A DNA stretch of 63,960 nt, filler included, from Dimargaris cristalligena (GCA_003614675.1; 2 parts of 2 records of this genome joined end to end with filler, not necessarily neighbours in it), one strand, 5' to 3'; counted from the first letter of the whole stretch, positions 11,917 through 26,120 are shown. Numbers and translations are program-made. Notes: a model not told the origin generated them from the letters alone.

Positions 11917-13304
11917 TTAGGGAAACAGGTTCCCGTACGATTGCGAGCCGTCGGACAGGCCGGGATCCGAATCGAAGGAGTTGGCGGGAGCATTGCCGCT
12001 TATTTGTCCCGCCGAACCCGGAGTAATCCCTAGATGGATTGATTCGAAATTGTCGTACAAATTAGGGGATAAATGAGCGTTGGCCATAGGGTGGTGGTGA
12101 TGGTGTTGATGCTGGCCTGGGTTCGCGGCCGCGGCCGCCATAGCGGCAGCAAATCCTACTGAATGACTCGACCAGTCGAAATTAAACCCCGTGGTCGGAA
12201 CAAAAGTAAGTGGGGCCGTCGTCGCAACGGGTACCCCATTTCCGCCCACGACCACATTATGGTTGGTAGTAGTCGCCGTAAACGCATGGCTGGGTTGGGA
12301 TGTGAGAAGGTTCATGGAGGTAGGGGTGGATGCGGAAGACAGGCCCGGCCAAAGATGGAGGTTCGCCGGGCTCAGGGAGTGGGCGGGTAGTCCAGCCAAG
12401 GCAGCCTGGATCGTTGCGGCGGGGTGCGCGGAATTGGGCACAAACAAGTGGGCTGCTGGGGTGGTGGTAGTGGTGGTGGTGGTGATAGCTCCTCCCCCGG
12501 TGGATATTAGACCCGTGGCCGGGGTGGTGGGCAGGGAAGGGGTAGTAGGGGTTGGTACGGGGGACAGATTGATGGGCGAGCCCTGGAGTGACCGCAGGAA
12601 AGAAGGGCCTCCGTTACTAGCAGTGCTACCATTTATCGTGTGAGGGGTTATTGGAACCAGTAGCGGGAAAGAGTGCGAGTGACTGTGGGCATGGGTATGT
12701 GAATGGCCCTGGGGGAGGGTGGTGGTACTGCGGGAGTGTCCGCCACTCTGCTGGGCAGCGAGACGCTGTTGCATTTCCTCAATACAATTATCCCTTTCGA
12801 GGAGCTGTTGTTTAAGGGCTCTGACCTGTTCCTCGAGGGCCTTGGTCTTGCATTCTTTACGCTGCCGGTAATTGCGCTGGGCGGTGCGGTTCTTCTCCTT
12901 GCGGATGTTAATGGCATTGGGGTGGGCCTTGCGCCCGGGCTTCTTGCGGAATTTGGCCTCGGGGTGGTCAGTCCCGCTGGTATCAGGTTCCGTCGAGAAG
13001 GCACGCTTGGAACCGGTGGACTCAACTGCTAGTGAAAATAAGCCAGAGAGAGACCAAGGGCAGCGAAGGAGGGAGGTATACAAAAATACACACCAAGGAT
13101 AGTATGCCAAGCACTGTGCGTTAGATAAGGTACAAACAGGATAGCGGGCAAGGGTACTGCCGTTAACGGACTAATGAACGGCGGCTGCCCTGGTAGGTTT
13201 ATGAAGGCTATCTTGGCAATCATTCCGGAATAAGATAGATGAAGCAGCAACTTACAGTCCGGACTTGGGGAAGGATGCGATAGGCGGTCCTGGTGCGAAG
13301 TCAT
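11917..13304 (-). CDS. AP-1/Yap-like bZIP transcription factor, 2 exons, ~386 aa
   Basis: Basic region RKKPGRK...RKEKNRTAQRNYRQRK followed by a leucine zipper. Exon 1 13304-13256 (MTSHQDRL..., GTAAGT donor), exon 2 from 13028. The 3' end could be further spliced. Confidence 0.85.
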
Positions 13305-16300
13305 GCTGCTGAAATTGTAATCCCAATGGGTGGAAAAGGCAAGGACAGACATAGGACAGGTAGGGGGACCTGACACTGCGTAGGGCAAATGTTTGAGCAA
13401 TCAGAGAGAGATATAAGTGACTAAAAAAAGTCGATGGGGCGGCTTGTAGGGCGCTTCTTATACAAACAGTAAGGGATTGACGTGGTCCGAGTAACTATAA
13501 ATAATGAAGTGGCGATGGGCGTGTAGGTAGAGAGATGCAGATATACTGCGACGCTATTGTGGTAAGGCAAACAAAAGCCACAATGAGCCGATGAAATTAT
13601 GCGCAGGCGAGGTCCAGAGGGGGAAGGAGAAGCAGTGGGGGGTCGAGAATAAATTATTTTTAAAAACTATAATAACTGTTCTGGTGAAGGTAGATACGAC
13701 AGTGCGTCCACACAATGACGACGTGAAATAATTAAACCGGATGACCGAATCAACCACACAGAGTCTCTCGGGACAATAAGCGAAGGGGCTTTGGAAAAAA
13801 TACGACTGTATGTTATACTATACTACCACCTAAGTAATAGTAAAAAGGGCCACACTCGATGGACAAAAGAGGCAGAGAAGGCAAATGTTTTAGTTGTGGG
13901 GCTATAGCTAGTCAAAATGAATAAGACTGAAATGGAGAGACTATGGTGTGCGCAGACTATTTTTAAAAGCAATTAGTCGAGGAGGGCGAGCAAGGGACAA
14001 GCGTAAAGGTAAGGAGATGTTACAAATGGGTGAAGCCAGATGATAACGATAATGACGAACAACATGTATATTGACGATTTATTCGTTGGGAGAGTGGGCG
14101 GCCGGTGCCCTTTATATAACAAATTTCCAGGCGGTCTGATCCCACAGTCCGTCCCGATAGGGGTAGTTGGATCACGACAGTAGTGGAGGTGGATGGATAC
14201 GGGGAACAGCACCACCCCCCGACTACACCGAACGCGAGCGCGGGGGGAAATATTACGCAAGGACGGCAAATTAAATATCCCATGTCTTCCCTCCCTTTCT
14301 CTTTCGCTCTTCCTGTGTGTTTCTCTTCCATACACCCGTTGCGGCCGTGCGTGCCTCCCCCCCCATCAGGCTAAGTGTAGTAGTGGTAGTGGGAGGGGGA
14401 TGGGGGGAGGTCACTGCAAAGAAATCCAAAATGGGGAGTAAGAAACTGGTTGAATGAAAACGAACCTGCAGTGCACTACCCCTTTCAGACTCCTGGATCC
14501 TTGCGGCTCGGCCGTTCACTCATTCTGCTATTTCCAATTTTAATTAAATGGCCACGACGGCTAATAATGGGCGGAGGGGGGTGGGGGGATAGGAAAAGGG
14601 GGGGGGTGGAAGGTCCACTCGTTTCAAGCTGTCCACCCCCTTTTTCTTCCCTCCCCCCTCCAGTGACTAAATACTATCTGCCCCACCGGCTTATCCCGTA
14701 TACCCTAGACCACTTTCCTGGCAATAGGACATTGGGTTGCAGACCATGTCGAAGCGTGCGTAGCCCAGAAACTGCGGTTCTTCTCCGCAACTTGACCAAC
14801 CCGAAACCCATCCAGCGGAGCCCTACGGACCACGGCCCTGGTCTCGGGCGCGGGTTCGGGCTCGGGAAAAACAGGCACATCCAATTGTAAACAACCCAAC
14901 TAACCTGCCAAACCCCAAATTGCGGTGGGCCGAAAATCGGCAAATGACGTCGGGGGCGAAACGAGTGTGGCGATGGGAGGACTTGAAGGAGATGACGGGG
15001 GAAGACCACGTAAACGCCTTTGTTTTGGCATGGGCTGCTATGTTTACCTCTTCTCATTATTATTTTCCGTACCTGGAAGGTTAGCAAAGAAGAACCGGAA
15101 TAATGTGTGATGTAGGTCAGAAAGGGGAGGCGAGCAAAGAGTATTCCGCTCCTTCTATACCTAGTAGTAACCACTGCCAATCGGTTGGACAGGCTGAAGA
15201 ATAAGGAGGGCAAGATTGGCCCCTCCCTCCCCTCTCCTCCCCTTCCCCTCGCCTGTCCAAAAAAGGGAAGTTTGTCGGTGTGACCAGTGTAGGGTGGTAG
15301 TAGCCTTCCGGCCGGGAACCACCCGAGCCGAGGGAATAATAAGCCGGTGAAGAGGCTGAGGTAATATAAACCGTACAGGAGCATGAGGCACGTACCACGG
15401 GGCTGCTGGGTGGTATAATGGGAATGTCTCCGAACATTGCGACGGTGCAGCGAAACTGCAACCGGGGTATGTTGCGGGCATATCAGCCATCTCATTGACA
15501 ACCTGATGTGTCGGTGGGTTAATACTTTAAAATTAGTTTCCGTGTAAGCAGCCCTGAGGGGAAAAGAAGCAGGTCCCACCGTCACACTTCCCCGCGAATG
15601 AATGGCCATCGAGACTCATGTCGGGTAAGTGATATACACCCGGTTTTCCTTTAAAATCGACCACGTTATGGCATTTTATTATATATTTTTGGTTTTAGCC
15701 GGGATGCTTTCTACAGTCCGAGGGGCTTGAGATACCTGCAGGGGAGAGGGTGTGATGGAGGAGAACAGGGTACAATTCTCGTCGACGTGATAAAAATTAC
15801 CATTTATAAACGTTCTTCTCATGGAAGTCGGCGGCGGCCCGGCATAAATACAGCAGCCAGCAATACGAATACACCGTATGTATGACTCAAGGACTTCCGA
15901 CTTGCCAATAACATAAATTGGCATTTTGGATGTATTGCATATCGACCTGGTCAGACGGTAGGACCGCCTCTTGTTTTGTGGTATCCCATCGCCCTATCTT
16001 CCCCGCCCCCCTCCACAATAGGACCTTTCAATACGCCCCACTAGCCCTTACGGAATAATCGGGATGCTGTTTACATCACTTGGCCTAACATGCCCGTGGT
16101 CAACCAAGATGAGGAATTTTCAACATGAGCCACGCAGTTATCTACAGAAGTGCCGAGATTCAAAAAATTACCCACCTATCTGGTCAGAAGATGGCTGAAC
16201 TGACAGAGGTTCCACGCGAGTTGCGAGAAGTATAATTCGATTGTGCCGGTCTATCAAGAGCTCATCTGTATATAAAAACCGCCCCTATATACCACATATT

Positions 16301-19300
16301 CACCATAAGAGAGTGTGGGTGTGAAACACGGGCGATATGGTCTTGATTTGTCCACGGGAATTCCTCCGATATATCCTTTTAATTAGGACTAGTATGTCCC
16401 TCAGGACTACTCCTTCACCTTCGTGTATTTTATTTATTTTTTGCCGCACGTTGTTAACCCACTGTCCTATGTTGGCGGCGGAGATGGTCCGTGTATGGAT
16501 GCAGTGTCAGTCAACAAGTGACTCAATTTGTATTCACCCAGATTGAGGCTGTATACTACGTGGGCACACTATTCCATATTAAACCTTATCATCGAAAACC
16601 GTCTAGTGCCGACACCTCAGGTGGTGCAAATCCCATTATGTGGGTTGTGTTTGTGTCTCTGTCTCTGTCATTCTGGAAGGATAAGGATTAAACAGTGCGT
16701 GCTGTGGCCAATCAAGAAGGAACTTAGTTGGGGGGGATAGGGCCGGTGAATTGACCGCCGTTTCATTGGAACCACAGGCGGGGAAGGACCGGCCGAAAGT
16801 CCTGTGGCCTAAATTGCCTAATTTGATCATGGTTGGGGAGGGGAGGGAGGAAGGAAGGAACGTACACAGCCATGGGTACATCCCCCTCTCCCTCCCACGC
16901 AGGCCCACTGATATATGCCTTAGGCTGCCAAGTGAATGGAGTATTCATTATTTTGGTTTCTTTATATACTCGAACCTCTCAGTTTCTTGTTCACCTCTAT
17001 GAGAGACTATACGGAGATCTACCTATCGCCCCTTATCGGGAACATCACCTCCATTTGCCATCCCTCCGCCTTCCACTCCGCCCTAAAATGATTGCTGAAA
17101 CAAGGTAGTATGTTGTCTCATACAAATATCGGTCAACATTGAAATGGAAAAAGTCGGAAAGGGGAGAAAATACGCCTGTGACCCACTTGCTATTCGGAAG
17201 GGACCTGCGCGAACATTCTGGTCATTATGTAGTTCTCACTCGTCATTCAGATACTTACCAAACATCAGACATTGAAACCTAGGTGGGGATGGGAGGAGAG
17301 GAGTGGTTAGGAGAGGGAAGTTACGTCCCCAAGTATACTCTGGACAAGACTTCCCTGGAAGGATCGTCCGTCCATTTATCGGAATAGGTGTGAGAAGGGG
17401 CCAGGAAGGCGGGAACCCACCCGTTAGACATGTGCAAATACATACCATATCCTGACTATTGTGTAAACTTAGATTCGCACTACAGAAACGACGGAACACC
17501 CCGTGTGTATTGCTCTATACGACTACGCATGCGGCGTGAAGTACGCGGCTTATCAGTCGCTAGCTGCACACCCAAGAAATAATAGGACAAACAATTCCAC
17601 AAGCGTACCCACACCCAAAAATTACTCACCGACCAACCAACCAGCCATCTAAACAGAACCAAACAAGTTGTATCATATCGGTTATGGTAGGGACTGTGGG
17701 GGTTGCCCCAGTGGCTTATGTTTCCAGAAATGGTGTTTTTGGCCATACTTCCGTCGATCTCCCAATTGTCACACCCACACCCATACCCACATCTACCACT
17801 ACCACACCTACCACCATGAGTGATCGTTTTCCATCCACGCACTGATCTTTCATATTCTAGAAATTTTAACAGTCACTCCGTAGTTTTAGACTCCGGTCAC
17901 GTCAACCTTAGCGGTAGAAATTGAACCAAAAAGAGTCGAAGAAACAAACCGAGCGATTCCAAATCCGTCACATTTACGGGTGCGTGATCGGATTTCGAAT
18001 CTAGAAGCATGGCTAATCAGACAATTAACGAACGTTAGGCACCGGGTCATATTCATAATACATAAACGAAATGTGTGTATGAATGAGTGTGTGCGTACGG
18101 GAAGGAGGGGGTGGCTTCACATGCATGGCGACCCTACTATACATCCAAACCAAAGAATCATGCCAGGGGCAGAGGGCCCCGAGTGCTGGGGACAACCTCA
18201 TTTTTCCATAATAAAGAAGTGGAGATTATGGCACATGCAATCGAAACAAAAGAAAAAAGGGATGGGAGGGCGGGCGGTTTGGAGCACCCCCTCTCCCCTT
18301 TAGTTTTGTGTTTGGGGTCCATTGGATTCCGAAGTCGATATATCCCTGGTATCGGAGAACATCCCAAAAGGTTTGGCCATCTCTAAATATACATCGAATC
18401 TAGGTTCTTCTTACGAGCAATAGGGTCCCCACCCAATGACGTCGATAATTAATGGCCAATTATGACATATACTATTCACTCGAGCGTGTGTACCTTAATG
18501 CTTGGAGCTACACCCGAGGTGGGGACCCCAAAGCCGAGTCATTCGTCCCCCTCTTATTGGCTCCTATATTTAGGTTTTTGAGGCATTTCCTCATAAATTT
18601 GCCCAAAGGAATAGATTGCGCTATTATATGACAATCCGTGCTACTGTAGTATCAGACTATTCCATAACAAAATCTTGAAGATTTTTACACTGAAGCGGGA
18701 AAAATCCACTGACATCCCATGTCAATTAAATTGGGGACTCATATTGTTATTATTATTTTTTACACTCTCTTCTTTATAGAATTTCCATATATATTTTTTG
18801 CTTCCCACTCTACTCAGAATACTATACCCCTTAAATAATGGTTTTCTGTAGAAAAGTGAAAAAGACATGTGCCTCGAGTGGGCGCCACATTTTTTGAAGA
18901 AGCTGGAGGTTGTGAGACTGCAATGTAAACCGTTCAAGGCATTGTGTCTAGAATGCCCAATTTGGTCCCCAGGTTTACAATCAACGATACCATGCATCGG
19001 CAACGTAATGTAATTACTCAATTGTGGTTGGCACATTAAACACTTGTCATACGGGAGGTATATAGGCGAACATAGTGGAGATTATATGAAACCAAACTAG
19101 GGGGAGGAGGCAGAAGTGTCTAACCTGTCGAAGTGATATCAGATGAGATCATCTGTTGGTGATGGAGTGCGTTGAAAAAATGCTCCCGGACGTATAGTTA
19201 TTGAAAGGGGCAAAAATAATATATATATATATAAAATACTGCGGTGTTGGACACCAACCAACCCATTCGGAAATCTTGGAAGGAACTGCCCCGTAACTCA

Positions 19301-21761
19301 CTAAACCGTGGTAGTCCAAGGTTGAATGACCCGCAAAATATCATCAGATATGCAGTTGGTGGGCGAGGGGGGCTGGGTTAAATGCAAGGCATTGTCACAA
19401 CGAAGCTGGGGGAGGATTGGCCTGGACCATTGCAAACTATAGTATTTTCCAATTCCTTGGGCATGCACGTAATACCTATAGATAATGGAGAGGATATGGG
19501 CCCATTACTACATCCCAAATCCACCACCGCGCCTATGTACACTCTGAAGAGAATATCGTGATCCAACATGGCCCTATTTGATTTTAACCAAAGTACAGTT
19601 GGCCCAGCCTAATTTACCCGATACTTTCTCAACGGGGTTATATTGAGTTGAGAACCCCTTAAAAGTCGAGTAAGGAGGGGAAGGGGGGGATGTATCAATT
19701 AATTGTTACACAACCTAGTACGTGTGGCATGCGGGTCGATGGGTAGCGAAGAGGGGTCAGAAAGGGTGAATGTTTTTCATCGGGCTAATTCGGTATAAAA
19801 AAAATCAGAGGCTGACGTAAAGAAGGTGTTGACGTTGGGGAGTGAGTAAGGGGTATATGACTATAATCAGGGGGCCCACTTTGTATAGTATGCTGCACCT
19901 GGATAACACACGTCTGTACACTACTTCGGACTACCTTTTTTGGACATGCAAAGTAGATGCCGACATCACCTGCTTCTCCCCTGAAGGAAGATTTAGACTA
20001 ACCCGGGTGACTGAGTAAAATCCTCCTACATTCCCCATCTCCTCCGGGTTGGTTGAACACATTCGTGTTCACTTGCCATTCACGAAATATTGACGCATAG
20101 TTGATTACATCGCCTGCGGTTTCCCAAAATGATGTTGGGCATCCTGCGACCATGGGCCTCCTACTTTGGCTTAACAATAGGTTTCTGCAAGTAGAGAAAG
20201 GGGAATGGATTAGGGATCGCCCAGCGGATTCCTCTACTGCCATAGTTGGCCAGACCTAACCAGCTACCCCTATTTCCACAAAAAAATGCCCTTATCTGCC
20301 ACACGCTTAAACACACACACACACACATCAGATTCCCAGCCCCTTGGCGGCCATAATTGGAGTTGGGTAGGGAGTTGAAGGGCCTAGGATTGATTGACGC
20401 ATGCCTTTGGTGTGTCGGTCCCGGTGCGACATGTCATAGTTCCGGCTGTATTGCTTAAAGTCGAAATACCCCCTGGGCCTTGGGGTAAACACTATCATGT
20501 CTCGGTGCCCCAATACCATGTCGACCTGTAGCCATGACGCGAGTGGAGACCTCTATCTGTAATAGAGTTCGACTACATAAAGGTGAGTCAAGCTGGTCAA
20601 AGAATCGGATTGTAGTCCCAATGAATGAACCGGAGTCCGAGTCTAAGAGAGTACATATATGAGGTGTTCGGAGGGAGAAAAAGTGGGGCCATACTTATTG
20701 CACAACATACCTGCCATGCCATAAGAGGTCCCTAGAATACCCAAATCAGATACCTTGTGAACAAATCTACTCGCAGTTGATTAGGGATTAGTGGTGTGGC
20801 CATCAGCGTATTCATCGACAATCGATTCTTCTAATATCACGATCAAATATTCTAAATTATGCAAGCCGTTGAACACAGACACCCTCACCCAGAGTAGGGT
20901 GGGTTCGGACTCCAGGGACAATGTACGAAATTAGAGACACGCCTACCTATTAATGGACTTAGAGAAATCGACGTGTATTCATATATGGGACATGGCCGTA
21001 ATACTAACGTGGCTACCGAGATTGCCAATGGATGGGGGACGACAGATCTAAGTTAAGTCTTACCTACTTCGACATATTGCCTATAGTATATAGAGACAGT
21101 GTCCATTGCATAGGTAGCAAAGACACCGCCATATAGTTCAATGTATGCCAGCACCAAACGCCTATAGGGAGAAAATGTAACCCAATTGTACAATATTTTC
21201 AATAATATATTGCGGATGTATATATGAGGAAATAGGCGGGACACTTATCTTCAATCAGTATTGCCAGTTTCAGGAAGCCGAGGTTTCGATTAACAGCCCA
21301 ATTGAGCCCCACCCAAATCAGTTTACCTACTGAAACGAAGGTGGACGAGTGGGGGCCGAAGATCCGCCTCGAAGGCGACAGATTAAAGCAGTATCCAAGT
21401 CAATAAATATAATAAAAGGTCAAAAAAAACCTAATAGAGTTCAGAATATATATATTTATTGCTGAGGAGGTCAAACTAGTGGCCAATTTGAAAGCAGATA
21501 AATGAGTTACATAAAAGGGAGGGGGGATATGGGTGACTTTTTAAAAAGGGAAATGGCGGCCAGGTGCACCTATTTATATAAAAACGAGGTCTGATACTAC
21601 TGACTTAGTATACTGCCCTTATTTGATATCACAGAGGTTCTTTAGTTGCCCATGCGTAATGTGTAATACCAGGGAGGCCAGAGGATTCCCCCAGTTTTAA
21701 CGTAGTACCTAAGGCCAGCGTTCATTCGAAACTAGCCGCCGTGCTAACCGGGGCCTTTCAT

Positions 21762-22925
21762 TTACAATGACAAACGCCATTCCAGGGTGTGACCAGCCCA
21801 GAAGGGCACAACCTCACCTCCCCGGGGGCGTGACTGCTGCTTCCCACTGCTTACTTCCGCCGATTCTGCTGCATAGCTCGGTTTACCCGAATAGGGATAG
21901 GCAGTGGGGACAACGTATGTCGCATTATTCACTGAATCAGTGGGGTCTTGAATGGCGGGTCTGCGGGCGAGCTGAATGGACGGGTAATCGAGGGGTAAGT
22001 CTATGGGATGGGGTGGGAGCCCATAAAACTGCCGACCAAAGTCACAGGCGAAACCCCGCAGGCGGTCGAGGGCCCCGAAGGAATCTAGAATCGTGGCCAG
22101 ATAGGGCATGACCAGCGGGGTCGTGAAGACACCCGCGCAGGTTTGGGCATTTTCCTTGGCGTGGCGGGGGTGGGGGGCCGAATCAGAGCCTAAGAAAAAG
22201 CGGGGGTGGCCTTCCCGGATGACCTCCCGCAGGGCGGCCCGGTCGTGGGGGAACTTGGCCACGGGTTTGCAGAAATGGTGGTGGAAACCGGCCCAGTCGT
22301 CGACCACGAGCTCGAGGTGGTGGACGGTGATGGTACATCCCACGGTGGGGCCCAATGATTTGACCATGTCCACGGCCTCGCGGGTGGTGGCATGCTCCAA
22401 CACGATCCATAGGTCGGGAAACGCTTGGTGAATGGCCTGGAGGTGGGTGAGGAACTTGGCTTCCGCATTCAGGACGCAAATATCGTGGTCGCGATCGCTC
22501 GGCACTTCACCGTGCAGGTTCAGAACCATGCCGACTTCCTGCATCGCCGCAAACACCGGGTAATAGGTGGTGTAACTCTCGATACCGGCCTCGCTGTTCG
22601 TGGTAACACCCCGGGGATATGACTTGACGCCGACAATACCCGCTTGCGCGGCGAGGCGGATTTCGTCAGGGGTGAGCTCGGGACACAAGTACAGGGACAT
22701 GAGGAAGGTCACTTCGGGGGCTAGGGTCTCGAGTTTTTCTTGGTAGGCAAGGGCCTGCTGGACGGAGGTGATGGGGGGCTGGAGATTGGGCATCACGAAA
22801 ACGGTGCTGATGCCACCTTGTACGATTTTAGGGGTGACCATTTCCATGAGGTCACCTTGGCGTAAATGGACGTGCATATCGCTGCCGTAGGGCAGGCGGA
22901 GGGTGATGGGAGTCGTTGAGGCCAT
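21762..22925 (-). CDS. URA4: Dihydroorotase (homodimeric, URA4 type), intronless
   Basis: Motifs DMHVHLRQG, VMPNL.PP, GVKSYPRGVTTNS, LHGE, VLEHATT, CKPVAK, FFLGSDSAPH. First ATG at 22925. Confidence 0.96.
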   Translation of the reverse strand: MASTTPITLRLPYGSDMHVHLRQGDLMEMVTPKIVQGGISTVFVMPNLQPPITSVQQALAYQEKLETLAPEVTFLMSLYLCPELTPDEIRLAAQAGIVGVKSYPRGVTTNSEAGIESYTTYYPVFAAMQEVGMVLNLHGEVPSDRDHDICVLNAEAKFLTHLQAIHQAFPDLWIVLEHATTREAVDMVKSLGPTVGCTITVHHLELVVDDWAGFHHHFCKPVAKFPHDRAALREVIREGHPRFFLGSDSAPHPRHAKENAQTCAGVFTTPLVMPYLATILDSFGALDRLRGFACDFGRQFYGLPPHPIDLPLDYPSIQLARRPAIQDPTDSVNNATYVVPTAYPYSGKPSYAAESAEVSSGKQQSRPRGGEVVPFWAGHTLEWRLSL

Positions 22926-23625
22926 GTGGGAATATGGAATGAGGGTGGTTGGAGGCACGTACACGCTTAATTGGTCTAAGAATGGTTAAGGCTGTCGCTT
23001 TACGGTATGAGGGGAATGGGCAAAGTAAAACAATAATGAAATGGGGAGAGAGAGGTCCTGTCTGTAATGAAAAGGAGTTGGAGCCGGCTTATCATTATCA
23101 GTGGGCTCTATACAGCGTTGCTATTCTATGTCGTATATGCGCATATACGGTTAACGGGAGAAGGAAGGGTATTTGCCCCAACAACGAGTCACAACTGGCT
23201 GAACAAAAAGCTTTCAACAAGGCGGGACACACCTAATTGGAGATGGCGGTGGTTGGCTGGGTTCTTCAGTATCGAGGCAAGGATTGGTGTGCATATATCT
23301 GCCGGGCTGTTTTCCCATACTGATACACTCATTGGTTAGTAGTGGCTTGGGAACGGCTAAACTTGTGTAGCAGCATACCCATTCGGGGTTCCCATTCCCC
23401 TATTACCAAATGAGTATGAAACCTCCCTCCCTATTTTAAGCAGTTCCAACCATACCCATTTCCCCACTTATTCGCCTCACCATAACTCCGCCCAAGACTT
23501 AGGGCTTTCCTTATTATCGTATCCAGCCGTTTCCCTATTTGCATTTCACTAATTCCTGTAATTATCCGAGACTCCCTCTCGGCCCATCTCCTTCGACCCA
23601 ACCCAGCCCTCCTACTTCAGTCGCC

Positions 23626-25051
23626 ATGAATCCCAACGAAGACACCGAATGGAATGATATCCTGCGCGCCAAGGGCATTTTACCCCCGAAAGAAGGTCCC
23701 ACCGAAGACGAAATCTTCGAGGACCACGATCGTGCTGTGCGGGAGGCCCAGGAGAAGAACCTGAGTGATAAGGATCTCGATTCGCTTGACGAATTGGAGG
23801 ACGAGGAGGACGAGGCGGTGCTGCGCATGTACCGGTGTGTAGATTTATCAATTAACCATGGCTGCTAAGAAGGACCACTACATCGGCCTGGTAGATGCCA
23901 TTTATTATTTTCTCGTCCACCCCCCTTTACCGAGGACTGGTAACAGGGTGCCATCGCTCTGAAAATTGATCCATAGGATTTCCTCCTGTCCCATACGTGA
24001 AACTAACCTACCCCCGACCCCGTCTCTTGGGCACCCCCCCTTATATGATAAATGCAATGGCGCGATCCCGACTCCAGGCAAAAGCGGATGGACGAAATAA
24101 AGGCCTTGGCCGACAAATCCCACTACGGCGAACTAGTACAGATTTCGGAACCCGATTATAAGAAGCAGGTCACCGAAGCCAGTAAAGAAGTTTCTGTGGT
24201 GGTTCACCTGTTTCGCGACAGGTAGGTGCAGCTATATATACTGATTACTATCCTCGGATCTTCTATTTGGCGACTGATTCGCCCGATTGACCCCGCTGAG
24301 TTGTGCCACCACACGAACTTGTCATGCCATGAGCTACGGGGATCAATTTCTCCCACAGCCCTATTGCTAATATGTTTAATATATACATCTATCCTTTATT
24401 TGATCTACACTACTCATGGCATATTGCAGTATCCCGGCCTGCAAGCTGATGAATTCTCACCTTGCGCTACTGGCACACCAATACCCGACGGTGAAGTTTA
24501 TCAAAATCATTTCAACTGATTGCATTCACAACTATCCCGATCGGAACCTCCCAACCCTTTTGCTCTACAATCACGGTGATATGCAACACCAGTTGGTGGG
24601 TATTGCTCAATTAGGAGGGCTGAAAATGACCGTCAAAGGTAAGTATACTACAATTTCCTTTGGTAATGAGTGGGCTTGCATCGAACTCGGCTCTATGGTT
24701 ATAAGGCAAGAATGGGTGCCAATATTTAGATTCGTCCACTCCATTAGCCCCAAACACCGTAGTTTGGGTACCGAATGGTTAAATACCCTTTCTTACTGTC
24801 CATCACAGCATTGGGATGGTAGAAATCAGACTTTAGACAAGTCCTTCTTATTTTTTCTATTCTAATAATCTTTATTTGTGTGTATGGGTGTGCTACATAT
24901 ATACAACAACAACACACGCTTGATATTAGACTTGGAGCGGTATTTGGTATCGGCAGGCTCCCTCCCTGACCAAGGTCCTAAAAAAGGCCGCTCGAGTGAC
25001 GGCGACGACTCGGATAACCACAACCACGATGACTCCGACTCCGACTATTGA
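23626..25051 (+). CDS. PLP2: Phosducin-like protein (PhLP2/PDCL3 family), 4 exons, ~227 aa
   Basis: MNPNEDTEWNDILRAKGILPPK, VTEAS..VVVHLF, CIHNYPDRNLPTLL. Exons 23626-23834, 24078-24221, 24430-24638, 24930-25051. Confidence 0.93.
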
Positions 25052-26120
25052 TTATGGTAATAAAAACCAATCCTCCAGTATCCCGCTTCCAAGGGGCTGG
25101 ATACCACACCTACAGTCCTATTACTTGAATCCTACCTTATACGTATGCTCTAGGGGTTTTCCTAGCTCAAAAACTATTTAACGGACTCGCTTGGGTATGG
25201 GGTGATGAAAATTCGGTGAGACTACATTAAAGCTAAAGGGGATATGGTAGCACAGTGCTATCCAGGGGATTGGCTAAACTAATATACTGAACTTGAATGG
25301 CATCCCCGCGAATTTTACACAGCACTCTCTCTCACACATCATTTTTACTATTACAAACCCGCGTATTTGACCTTAACTAAAAACTCGTTTAGTTGACACA
25401 CTCTCCCCTAAGCAGGAATGGAACTAAAACGTGTTTGGTTTGGTTGCTTAAAAAAAGCATGTCCAATTCATTTCTTGACTGCAACACAATGCCAATTTGC
25501 ATTTCCGAATAAAACGTGTCAACAGGGGCAGGGTAACTCCATCCCACCCCTTTTATTTTTTAAAAAATACACTATAACCAAGCACCCATTAGAAAGTCCA
25601 TCCTAATCCGCCAAGTGGGAGTGACAAAATATAACTAAAAATATCCCATGCAACAATAACTCCAAAACCAGTACAGCACTAGCTCTGAATCCAATTAAAC
25701 CTGATCTAAAGAAGGGGCGGTCTGAGGTTTATAAAACCCCCATTAGGGGTCATCACACCCTGTTGCACTTTAAGTGCCCTTAATGCCGATATACCTTCTT
25801 AAAGCCAACCCCTTCCCCACAAATGAGCTCCCATTATTGAAACAAGTAGGCTATTTCCCAATAGGCAAAGCTCCTAATAAGCCTTTTCTGAAATTGTGAT
25901 ATGCTGACATCTTTGATTAGAAATGGTAAACAAGTTTAGGTCGCGCGGACCCTTAGGTAGCTTCGTTCTTGATCGCAAGAGTATATAAATCAACCCGAGC
26001 TCCCTCAATATTTAGGAATCATCCAGTTTCATCTGCCCTCACCAGCCCGCCATCTTCCTTTGATCCTCACCCCCTCCATTTCCACCTCCGCCCTACACCA
26101 CCGTTACGTTTTTTTTCAAC

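Noticed and set aside
14674-15609. 311-codon minus-strand ORF
   Set aside because: No codon bias like real genes, no recognisable domain, composition typical of translated intergenic DNA.
17770-17816. CA-rich telomere-like run
   Set aside because: Short, irregular, internal low-complexity sequence.
19953-20000. Translation DADITCFSPEGRF resembles the proteasome alpha-subunit N-terminal signature
   Set aside because: No QVEYA continuation, no start or usable splice donor, and a stop follows shortly. Probably chance; a tBLASTn could test for a relic.
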